Shown: positions 37,132-48,581 of the stretch, one piece after another
How the letters are laid out: every line of letters starts with the position of its first letter
Numbering within the stretch: the stretch's first letter is position 1
Assembly (NCBI GenBank): GCA_043228905.1
Contig: JBHGNT010000014.1
Location: 6,758,001 to 6,822,000 of the forward strand
Source: Azolla caroliniana
Taxonomy: Eukaryota; Plantae; Polypodiophyta
Direction: 5' to 3'
DNA: 64,000 nt
Notes under the pieces: generated by a model
What the model was told of the DNA's origin: nothing
Seen by the model: only the letters and a program-made list of their open reading frames with translations
The model's database searches: none
Translations under genes and position numbers: made by a program

Positions 37132-37832
37132 AGGCTGGACCGGTTTTCTCCGTCTCAACTCAATTTGGCGCATGCCGGTGGATGCGCGGCTAGGTGGGGG
37201 CGGATGTCGTGAAGAAAACCGTCCACAAGCGGAATCGGTGCACCGGAGCGTAGGAACCGGCTCTTCATGCACGTGCGCCTTACGTTGTACATAGGAGATC
37301 CTAGGCAGGTAGATTCGGTAGGTAAGAAATAAAGGGAAAACGGCTCCTTCCTGGCCTATAAAAGGAGGGAGACGAGGAGGAGGAAGGGATCGCGGAGAGT
37401 CGAGGACGAAGTGCTGTCGGTTTTGTGGGCGAAGGCTTCTCTCTCTCTCTGGCTCGCAAACTCCGTGGTTACTTTCTGTGCAGGTTTTCGGGAGGCTCGC
37501 GCTGCTCTGAGGAATGCCCGAGTGCTTCCGGCAGCACCTCCAACCTACTCTTCTCCTTCTGTGCGTTTACGAACAGGCATCAGCATCTGTTCGCCGACCT
37601 GTTCGGTTGTAACCGACTTCGTGTTTTTGTTGTTTGTCTTTGTTAATACATACATACATTCGTGTCTTTCTGTGTCGCTGTCCCACTTGCGTCTTTGCGT
37701 CGAAGGGCCGTGTCCCTGTGGATCTACGCTCGCACGTAGAGGGTCTCTTCTCCTTCCTCTCTAGCTCTTCGGTACAGGACCCCCGAGGTCCCGCCTCATT
37801 CCACGCATCTACGAGGAATACCTCGACAACGT

Positions 37833-39307
37833 GCCACAAGGAGTGGTTCTCATACCTTGAGAAACCGACGCAACCAGGAGTAGTCGCAACTGGAGACGAC
37901 ACTCCGCATCCGATCGCGAATGTCGATTAAGTTCCCTTGAGCCATGTCGGGCAGAAAGGGAAACTTATGAATGTGTTACACGTCCCGACCATCACGAAGA
38001 ATCTGGTGTCGGTCGGGCAAATCGTCGACCAGGGGATGCAAGTTTAGTTTACGCATCCTGGGTGCTTCATTGAGGAAGAAGGCCATATTATTGCGCAAGG
38101 GCGCAGAGATGGGAGGATGTTTATCCTCGACTCTACTGACGGTGGCACCGCAATGTTCACGAAGGGACAAAAAGTCGAGTTGGACATCGACTTATGGCAC
38201 AAACAGATAGGCCACGTCAACTACCAGCGGCTTCAAGACTTGCAATCAAAACAAGTGGTGTTTGGATTGCCCAAATTTAGTGGCCAGAAGGCACAAATTT
38301 GTGAAGCCTACCAGCTTGGGAAGCAACACCGACTTCCTTTCCCAAACGAGCGTAACCAGAGCCGGAACAAGCTAGACTTGATACACTCTGATGTGTGGGG
38401 GCCGGCACAAAACGTTAGTCTTGGCGGGAGCCGATATTTTGTCTCCTTCATCGACGACTACACGCGGCACACGTGGATCTACCTCATTGAGAGGAAAAGC
38501 GAAGTCTTCGACTGTTTCCGGGACCTCAAAGGGTTCATGGAAACAGAAATACGAAGAAAGATCAAGTGCCTCCGGTCGGATGGCGGAAAAGAATACTTTT
38601 CCGGTCAATTCAACGGTTATCTACAACAGATGGGAATACGGCGCGAATTCAGTTGTAGATACACGCCGGAGCAAAACGACGTGGCCGAGAGGAAAAATCG
38701 GTCGGTTGTGGAAGTTGCACGCGCAATGTTGGAGGAGAAGAGCTTGCCTAAGTTCTATTGGGCCGAGGTGGTAAGAACCGCGGTATACATCCAGAACCGG
38801 ATCGGAGAAAAAGTGTCGGCGCACGAGCTATACTTTGGAACAAAGCCGAACTTGCGACACTTACAAGTTTTCGGTAGCATTGCGTATGTGCATGTGCCGA
38901 AGGAGAAAAGGAGGAAGTTGGATGCAAAAGCCGAGAAGTGTATCTTGGTCGGTTATTCGGACGAGCAGAAGGGTTATAAGAGCTATAACCCGCGTACCAA
39001 ACAACCGCGCGTGAGCCGCGACGTTCTGTTTGATGAGTCTGCGTCCTAGTACTTGCCTCCGACACCGGACCTCACCTCCAATCCGAGTTTTGACGATGAG
39101 GACAGCGAAGCCGAGGTGCCTCCGGCTGAGCCTGAAATCGGGACCCACAAAGAGAATCCGATTTCATTTCCGTTAAGTGGACCGAATGGACTCGGCTGTG
39201 CATTCCCCGCGTAGGAAGCCGAGGAGACCGATGCGAGTCCGACTCCGAGGGAAGCGGCGACGGGCCTTCAGGAACGAAGTCCACATCGGCCGAGAAGACC
39301 TCAACAT
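37833..39307 (+). pseudogene. C protease and integrase
   Basis: HSDVWGP, LRSDGGKEY, AERKNR motifs; stops present. Confidence 0.9.
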
Positions 39308-39761
39308 TGTCATGAATGTTCATGACCATTATGGCGTCACCCGGACTTGAACCTCGAACCTTGTAATCCATACTTGAAAACCTCAACCATTAAGATAGCT
39401 TATTGTTATATGAAACAATAAAAGCTACTTCTTGTATTACATTGATTATTGTAAAAACTCTAGATTATTCTAGAATGTTCTAGAATGTCCAAGAGCATTC
39501 TAGGTCTAGAACATTCTAGAACATTCTAGAAATCTCTAAGCTATTCTATAGGAACCTATAAATAAGGGCATACATGTATTCTCAAATCAATTCAAATCAA
39601 CACCAGTCTTTAGCTCTCATTACATACCTTGTATCCATTCTCTTTCTTTCTCTATCTTATACATCCATTCTTCTCTTAGTATTTGATTCCATTCTTCTCG
39701 TGTTCTCTAATATCCTTCTTCCATCACTCTATCTTTTATCCTTGGTTCTGACAGTTTGATT

Positions 39762-39818
<57 letters not shown>

Positions 39819-42800
39819 CCTCCTTTGTAACCATCCTGAAACCATGGTTGCCATTAACTCAGAAGAATATCTCACCCTTGTTGCAGAAATGGAGAACCTT
39901 AAATCCAAGTTCGCATCTCTTGAAGTAGAGAATCAACGTCTACTTGGGGATCTACAAAAGGTTACTATAGAGAAGCAACAACAACAAGAGGAGTTCACGC
40001 GACGAGTGCAACAGTTAGAGTCGACAATCGTTGTGTTACAACAACAAAGGGTTGAAGGTCAGGGACTTATCAAGGAGCCCAAAATTAGCCTCACAAATAA
40101 CAAGATCAAGATTCACACCAACTTATGCATCAGTAACGGCGCAATCATCCCCAAGGCAAATGTATAGCCCTACTCCAACTCCAAGGCAAACACGTAGTCC
40201 AGTCCCAATGGATAGTCCTGCACCCATGGAGATCAACATGACTCAACGACGAGGACCATTTTCAGACGAAGAGAAGCAACGTCGTCAAGCAAACCATCTG
40301 TGTTTATATTGCAGAGGTCCAGGACATATAGCCATTCATTGCTCCCGTAGGCCGAGACGTCAGGTAAATCAAATTCACTACGTCAATAAAAATGAGTCCA
40401 ACATTTTAGAAGCAGTTAGTGAATCTAATATTATGAATAATCCACCCTTGTCCAATAAATTTGAAGTCCTAAGCCAATTAGAAGAGGAGTCAAACGAATA
40501 AGTCCGGCCAAAATAGGAGCCATTTGGTTGGACAACCCTAGATATGTACAACCTAGTGTGGGTTCCATTTCTTCCAAGCATGTTAGTAGAGTCTTCTCAG
40601 CCCTAGTACAAGTTAGGACACCCAGTTGTCAACTTCAAGTCCAAGCCCTCTTAGATACTGGAGCCAATTCTTGTTTCATGGATAGAGATTTTGCCCAAAA
40701 ACACCAAATATCCTTGCATACACTTCCTTGTCCAGTTTCCGTAGTAGTGATTGATGGACGCCCCATAGCTTCCGGGAAGATATTTGAAGAGTCTGAGCCA
40801 ATACACATACTCTTGGGTGATTTAGGATGTGTAGTTTCCTTTAACATAATCCGTAGTCCTGAGCATCCAATTGTCCTCGGTTTGCCATGGTTCGAGCTAC
40901 ATAACCCTAGAATCGATTGGAGGAAGCGAGAAATTAGGTGCCCTTTAGCAGAAAATATCATTGTCAAGGATCAAACTCGGGATTATCCTCCTAAAGTATA
41001 TAGTTCTACCGATGCACCATATCCTTCTCATCAAATTTCAGCCATCACATTGCAACAATTGTGCCGAGTGGGAGGCAAGGAGGACCTTTTCTTATTTGCA
41101 GTATCAGTGACACCTTCTAGTGTCACTCAAGGGAATTCAGACATCCAAATTCCCAAAAAATATCAAGACTATGTTGATGTTTTCGACAAAGTCAAAGCTA
41201 GTGTTCTTCCAAACCATCAGCCGTACGACTGTCCTATTGATCTCCAACCAGGAAAAGAGCCACCGTGGGGTCCGATTTACAATTTATCACCCACTGAGCT
41301 TGAGGTTCTTCGAGAATACATCGAGGAAAATCTTGCACATGGGTTTATTCGACATTCAAAGTCTCCAGCTGGTGCTCCTATCTTTTTTGTGAAGTAAAAG
41401 GACGGCTCCCTTCGTTTGGTCGTGGACTAACGAGGCTTAAATAAAGTCACCATAAGGAATAGGTATGCTTTACCTTTAATCTCCAATCTCTTAGAACGCA
41501 TTGGTAGGGCAAAGCATTTTACCAAAATTGATCTAAGGGGTGCATATAATCTTGTTCGAATTCGGCCGGGAGATGAGTGGAAAACAACATTTCGTACTCG
41601 ATATGGTCATTTCGAGTATACAGTCATGCATTTCGGGCTCACAAATGCACCTGCAGTATTCCAACATATGGCAAATGACATCTTCCGGGATTTCTTGGAT
41701 ATTTTTCTAATCTACCTAGATGATCTATTGATTTACTCTAAAACACAGGGGGAGCATGATATACATGTGCGGCAAGTACTTGAATGCCTAAGGAAGTATG
41801 GTCTTTATGCCAAACTTGAGAAATGCAGTTTTGATTGCAAACAGGTCGAATTTTTGGGATACACTATTTCATCCCAGGGTGTTTTCATGGACCCGGCAAA
41901 AGTCCAAACAATATTGGAATGGAAACCCCCATGCTCAGTTCGGGATGTCCAGTGTTTCCTCGGATTTGCGAACTTCTATCGCAAATTCATACATAATTAT
42001 TCAAGCATTGTGTTGCCCCTTACTCAACTCACCAAGAAAAATCAAGCATTTTTTTGGAGTATCGAAGCGGACAAGGCTTTTACGCAGCTGAAAGAGGCAT
42101 TCACATCAGCACCCATCCTAGCACATATTGATCCTGAAAAGCCATTTACTATTGAGGCGGATGCATCAGACTTTGCATTGGGGAGTATCCTATCGCAACC
42201 AGGCGAGGACGGGCAGACACATCCAGTCGCGTTTCACTCGAGAAAATTTACTGTTTCGGAGATAAACTATGAGGTGCATGACAAGGAGTTACTAGCTGTG
42301 GTCGACTCATTCAAGCAATGGCGTCATTTTCTAGAAGGATCACCTCATCAGATTATCATTTATAGTGATCACAAAAATCTCACATATTTTCAAACAGCTC
42401 GAGTATTAAATAGACGACAAGCTCGGTGGGCCCAATTTCTAACGCGTTTCGATTTCAAGATCATTTTTCGCCCCGGAAAACAACAAGGGAAAGCAGATGC
42501 TCTGTCTCGGCGTTCGTATCTGCACTTCGACCTGGAGATCCAACCTTTGACAATCAAAAGCAAACTCTCCTCGGGCCATCAAAGCTACAGGTAACAACAA
42601 TTTATGCCACGCCACTTGATTCTACCCTTCTTGACACTATTCGGCAACAACTTTATTCGGATGATTTTGCTAAGGATGTCTTAGCCCACTATGGTTCAAG
42701 TCGTCCATCTTGCTCCACATTGTCAGGGTCATCTCAACATTATCAGGACTTCAAGTGGCAAGATGGCTTACTCTTCTACAAGAATCTCCTTTACGTCCCC

Positions 42801-44607
42801 AACGGATCACCCCGACTTCAAGTGTTGGAACATTGTCATGATGCCCCCATTGCTGGACATTTTGGTATTTCGAAGACCATTGAGCTGGTGAAACGTTCGT
42901 TTTGGTGGCCTCACTTGCAAAAATTTGTCGAAGATTATGTTCGCACTTGTGACACCTGCTGTCGCACCAAAGTACCCCGGCATCACCCTTATGGCTTACT
43001 ACAACCATTACCCCCTCCCAACACGCCATGGCAGTCTATTTCTATGGATTTCATTACGGATCTGCCACCTTCCAAAGGCTTTGATACTATTTTAACAGTA
43101 GTGGATCGGTTCACCAAGATGGCACATTTTGTACCATGTGTAAAGACCATCAATAGTGAAGAAACTACAGATCTCATTATGCGTGAAGTGTTTCGCCATC
43201 ATGGTCTCCCGAATGATATTATTAGCGATCGAGGTCCTCAATTTATCTCACACTTTTGGAAGCACCTATGGGCAGGCCTCAAAATCTCTTGCAAACTCTC
43301 TTCGGCTTATCATCCACAAATTGACAGACAAACAGAGCGCACAAATCAAATGCTCAAGCAATATCTTCGATGTTTCATTAGTTATCAACAAGATGATTGG
43401 AGTAATATTTTACATCTTGCCGAGTTTGCATACAACAACACGGTCCACTCTTCTACCAAAGTTACACCTTTCTTTGCCTACACCGGCAACCACCCTCGAT
43501 GGTGTATACTGGATCTTCCCGAGGTGTCACGAAACCCTAGTGCGGCGCATCACCTCCATCGACTACAACAAATCCAGTTCGAGTTATCGTCACATCTTCA
43601 GAAAACGCAAGCACACCATAAGACCAATGCCGATCGACATCGTCTTAAGTCTCCGTTTAAGGTTGGTGACCGTGTATGGTTGCTTCGTCGTCACATCAAG
43701 ACTACCCAACCGTGTGCTAAGCTTGACTATCAACGCTTAGGTCCTTTTGTCATCACGGCACAGATTAATGATGCAACATTTCGTCTTAACCTTCCTACGC
43801 ATATGCGGCTTCACCCTGTCTTTCATAGCTCTCTTTTGGAACCTTGTCGCACCTCTTTAATTCCTAATCGTGTCGTGCCACCACCACCTTTTGTACAACT
43901 TGTGGACGGCCCCGAATTCGAGGTAGCTGCTATTCTAAGATTGTGCGCAATAAGCTTTATTATCTAGTTGATTGGCTTGGCTATCCTCCGAGTGATCGCA
44001 CTTGGGAGCCCATCGATAACGTTTGTAATGCTGAAGCTCTGGTCAACGACTTCCATCGTCACTATCCAAACAAGCCCGGCCTAACAATGTTAATGCCGAC
44101 TTCCATTCGAGAAATAACAATGTTAATGCCGACTTCCACTCGGCGTTCTCGAAGGAGGGATAATGTCATGAACACATGACCATTATGGCATCACCCGGAC
44201 TTGAACCTCGAACCTTGTAATCCATACTTGAAAACCTCAACCATTAAGATAGCTTATTGTTATATGAAACAATAAAAGCTACTTCTTGTATTACATTGAT
44301 TATTGTAAAAACTCTAGATTATTCTAGAATGCTCTAGAATGTCCTAGAGCATTCTAGGTCTAGAACATTCTAGAACATTCTAGAAATCTCTAAGCTATTC
44401 TATAGGAACCTATAAATAAGGGCATACATGTATTCTCAAATCAATTCAAATCAACACCGGTCTTTAGCTCTCATTACATACCTTGTATCCATTCTCTTTC
44501 TTTCTCTATCTTATACATCCATTCTTCTCTTAGTATTTGATTCCATTCTTCTCGTGTTCTCTAATATCCTTCTTCCATCACTCTATCTTTTATCCTTGGT
44601 TCTGACA
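39308..44607 (+). mobile_element. Chromoviral Ty3/Gypsy H1 (Tcn1/Tf1-like), defective
   Basis: LTRs 39308-39753 and 44164-44607; TSD aacat/gacat; self-priming PBS 39756-39767; PPT 44151-44163; chromodomain remnant YYLVDWLGY..DRTWEP. Confidence 0.95.
39844..44179 (+). pseudogene. H1 gag (capsid core deleted at ~40092) and pol with stops and frameshifts
   Basis: LLDTGAN protease; YLDD; RH; integrase; chromodomain. Stops at 41395 and 41428; frameshifts near 42525 and 43940. Confidence 0.92.
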
Positions 44608-44612
44608 GACAT

Positions 44613-46759
44613 CGGCTAATGACCGATTATGCCGATCTACCCGCCAAAAGAACCCAGTTGTGCGGTTCGGATACAACGAGTACATGGCGCATCACTATGC
44701 GTACATGACCCGTGTAGCGAAAGTGCATGAGTCGGAGAGCTATGCAGAAGCGGCGAAGGACGCGAATTGGCGCGCCGTGATGGAGGAAGAGATGCACGCA
44801 TTGGCGGAAAACGAGACATGGGACCTGGTTGATGCACCGAAGGGTGTGAAGTCGATCAGATGTAGGTGGGTGTACAAAGTCAAGTACAACATCGACGGCT
44901 CGATCAACCGATACAAGGCCCGGTTAGTGGCAAAAGGTTACGCGCAGAAACACGGCATCGACTACGATGAGACGTTCGCGTCGATCACAAAGATGACGAC
45001 CGTCCGTGTTTTGCTCGCGGTAGCCGTGGCCAAGGTGTGGCACCTACATCAAATGGTGGTAAAGAATGCATTCCTGCAAGGTGAGCTTGAGGACCAAGTG
45101 TACATGGTACAGCCCCCCGGATTTCACTCCGGAACGAACACATTGGCAGTATGCCAATTGAGGAAGTCCCTTTACGGACTGAAGCAAGCCCCGCGTGCTT
45201 GGAATGCGAAAATCCCGCATCGGTTGCGTCGTATGGGCTTTACGACGTCAAAATTGGACTCCTCGTTGTTCATTCGGAAAGGTCGACTCAGGCCGGTCAG
45301 TATTTTACTCTATGTTGATGACTTGGTCATCACCGGCGCCGACCTAGGTGAAATCAACCGCGTGAAGCTCCAGCTTGCGGCATCATTCGACATGAAGGAT
45401 CTTGGGGACCTTCATTACTTCCTCGGGATCGAAGTGATCCGCACCCCCGAAGGCATATTAATCAGCCAACGTCATTACGCGCTGAATATGCTCTTCAAAT
45501 TCGGGATGGCAGATTGTAAGTCCGTCTCGACTCCTCTGGATAGAACTATCAAGCTTCGCCCCAATTCCGGCAAGGTGTGCGATCCGACAAGGTTCTGACA
45601 AGTTGTCGGAAGCCTTATCTACTTAACAATCACCCGACCCGATCGCAGCTATCCGGTCGGGGTGATCAGTTAGTTCATGGCGCGACCTACCGAGGAGCAC
45701 CTTCAGTGTGCGCAACGCGTACTGCGGTACGTAAGCAGCACTAAGGACCGGGGACTGCTATATCGGACCGCTACAGCCCCGCAGTTGGTCGGCTACACCG
45801 ATGTCGACTGGGCCGGCAATGTCACCGATCGTCGATCCACGTCCGGATATGCGTTCTCTCTTGGGAGTGTCGCGATAGCGTGGAGTAGCAAGAAGCAGCC
45901 GACAGTTGCACTGTCGAGTACCGAAGCTGAGTATAGAGGAGCGGTTGTCGCAACATGCGAAGCCATATGGTTGAAGCGGCTACTTAAGGATCTGCAGGTG
46001 GAGGTGTCTGATCCAACGACGATCTACTGCGACAACCTCAGTAGCATCCAACTCGCGAAGAATCTCGTCTTCCACGCACGGACCAAGCACATTGAGGTGC
46101 ACTACCATTTTGTCCGTGAGCGTGTCCTCTCTGGTGAAGTCGAACTTCAATATGTTCCGATGGATCGGCATACCGCCGACATCTTCACCAAGTCTATTGG
46201 TCTGGACAAGTTGCGGCAAATTTCGGGTGCGCTTGGGTTGTGTCACCTCGACATGCCGAACTTGAGGGGGAGAAACATCCCAGATAACCAGGAAAGGAGC
46301 GAAAAAAACCTCGGATCGACTGAAGAAGCCGAGAGCGGATCCGCGGAAGAGTGCGAAAGTGGACACAAGGGGAGTAGCCGAAAGAAAGAGCCAAAGCCAA
46401 CCAGGCATGGGGGAGATGACGTCGTCAAGGGCGAGAAGACCGGAGACGAGTTGGAGACAACCAACTCGAACGAGAGCGAAAACCGATTAGAGGTAGCCGA
46501 GTCAGTTCGGATGTTTGATTCAGATACACTGAATCAACTGAGGGCCAAGCGGAAAAGAAGGCAGCAGGAGAAGCGCCAACACCGCGACAGCAAGGGACCT
46601 GTGAAGGGCCATGGGAGCAGACAAGCCGACCAGAAGGGTCGAAGCGCACGGAGTCGAATAGGCCGAGGAGCGCGAGCGAGGCGTGGAGCAAGGAGAAGCC
46701 GGAGCGTAGGTCCGGTAGAGCAGGCGGAACCTCAAGTTGAGCTTGAGGGGGAGTGTTGA
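44613..46759 (+). pseudogene. C RT-RNase H with a charged C-terminal extension
   Basis: YKARLVAKG, YVDD, GYTDVDWAG motifs; stops at ~45596 and ~45671. Confidence 0.9.
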
Positions 46760-47180
46760 GAGACAAGCTCAACATTTGTGCGTAATACGATGCGTAACCA
46801 GTGTGTAGACTGGGTGTATAAAACCGGTACGCAGACCGGTGCGTAAAAAGGCCGTATCGGTGCGTAGACCGAAAGGCCGTTAGAAAGATATTCCTCGTAA
46901 GGAATAATTTTGGGAGTAAGTGTCGAGGCTCATTTATGAGCAGTCAAGTACTGCCAGTACTTGTGTCATCGCATTGTCAAGGCTTGTATAAAAGTGCTCA
47001 CTGAGCACATCCTATGTATAGATTGAGTATTATTTTTCGAATTTATCTTCTTGAGTTACTCTCTCCCTCAGTCTCTCCTGTGCGTACTATGCAAACCTAA
47101 GCTTAAGCTTTCCATTAAACTTGTGTTTTCTGTTGTTCGGTTTTCCTATATTGCTTCCGCACGCCATTCTTTTCAGTCCG

Positions 47181-47922
47181 TCTTATCGAATTTTCCAGAG
47201 AGGGACTTCACCTTGTTGATGTCGACTAAATGCTCACCTCCAATAACCAGATCATCCACGTATAGGATGATGACAATTGGGCTTCTAGAGTCGTTTCGTA
47301 TGTAGAGGAAGTTGTTGGATTTCGACATTCGAAAGCCGATTTGATAAAGATATTGCGTTATCTTCGAATGCCAAGCATGCGGTGCTTGTTTAAAGCCGTA
47401 GAGAGGCTTCTTGAGTTGGCATACGACTTTCGGATGAATGCTAGATTCGAAGCCGGGTGGTTGTACCATGTACACCTCCTCTTCTAATTCACCTTGAAGA
47501 AAGGTGTTCTTTACATCCATCTGATGGAGGTGCTACCCTTTCACCGTTGTGAGTGCAATTATGGTCCGCACAATCGTCATCTTTGCCACCGGGCAAATGT
47601 CTCTTCGTAGTCGACTCCATGTGTTTGTGCGTATCCTTTCGCTACAAGTCAGGCTTTGTAGTGATTGATGGAGCCATCAGCATTATACTTCACCTTGTAA
47701 ATCCATCTACGGCCAATTGCCTTCTTGTGCGGTGAGTGGGGAACGAGATCCCATGTCTCATTCTTGCATAGTGCACACATCTCCTCGTTCATTGCTTCGA
47801 TCCACTGTGGGTCCTTCGCGCCTTCGGAAAAGGTTTCCGGCTCCCGTACTATTGCTACCTTCATCATAAAGGCGTAATGGTACACCATATATTCATCATA
47901 GCTAAATCGGCTTACGGGGTTC
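47181..47922 (-). pseudogene. F RT N-terminal half
   Basis: WIEAMNEE, LYGFKQAP, YVDD motifs; stops and frameshifts. Confidence 0.88.
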
Positions 47923-48581
47923 TCACCAAAGATGTCGCGGTATTCCGCGAGTACGTGTAAGATCTTAGGCGGGACCGCGGGGGTCTTGGACTAGGGAGTA
48001 GAGGAATGGAAGCTTAGCTTGAGAGGGGAGGAGAAAGAATAAGACATAAACATAAAATGGATGGAGGCAAGATACACAAACGAGTTATATTAAGAAACAC
48101 CAAACGCTTTACAACCATGGCCGCATAAGCCGAACGAAAACACTATATGGAACCCTAACCGGATAAGTAAAGTAAAGAAGATGATGAAGAAGAAACCCTA
48201 AGCGAAACACTAAACCCGAAATGGTATGAAGAAGAAGAAGAATAGTAAAACCCTAAATGAAACCCTAAAACCGAAATACAAACCCTCGACCTAAGTGGTA
48301 TACCTCTCTCACTCAAAATAGGCAAACCCTTCACAAGAGACCCCTCCCTTCCTTTTATAGCTCAAGGAGGAAGGGAGTTACAATGTGGGATAAATTCTCC
48401 CCATTATTCTATACACAATTTTCCTACTATACATATGCACATGTTGCACATTGCCGACTTGCCCATTCCATCCCGGTTTCACACTAAAGCCGGAAATCTT
48501 CACGACATCCACCCCCACCAAACCGCACATCCATCGGTATGTGCCATGAAAGGAAAAGGTGAGAGATTTCGGCAATGGTGA

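Larger units (their letters stand above)
20513..37828 (+). mobile_element. Ty3/Gypsy B2 (sister family of B1), interrupted by J and A2
   Basis: 624-bp LTRs 20513-21136 and 37205-37828; 4-bp TSD acgt (20509-20512, 37829-37832); Trp PBS 21140-21156; PPT just before 37205. Confidence 0.95.
18967..47175 (+). mobile_element. Ty1/Copia element C (related to F), degenerate; host of B2 and H1
   Basis: 422-bp LTRs 18967-19388 and 46754-47175; PBS tggtatcagagc 19389-19400; PPT 46740-46753; 5-bp TSD gttcg/gtccg (one mismatch). Confidence 0.94.

Noticed and set aside
44082-44138. 24-bp duplication at the end of H1 pol
   Set aside because: Local slippage in a dead copy with no sign of function.
45677-46759. 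env-like extra gene in Copia C
   Set aside because: The extension is in frame with RNase H, hydrophilic, and has no transmembrane or signal segment.
48150-48330. Interstitial telomeric array
   Set aside because: The motifs are dispersed and are part of both G LTRs.
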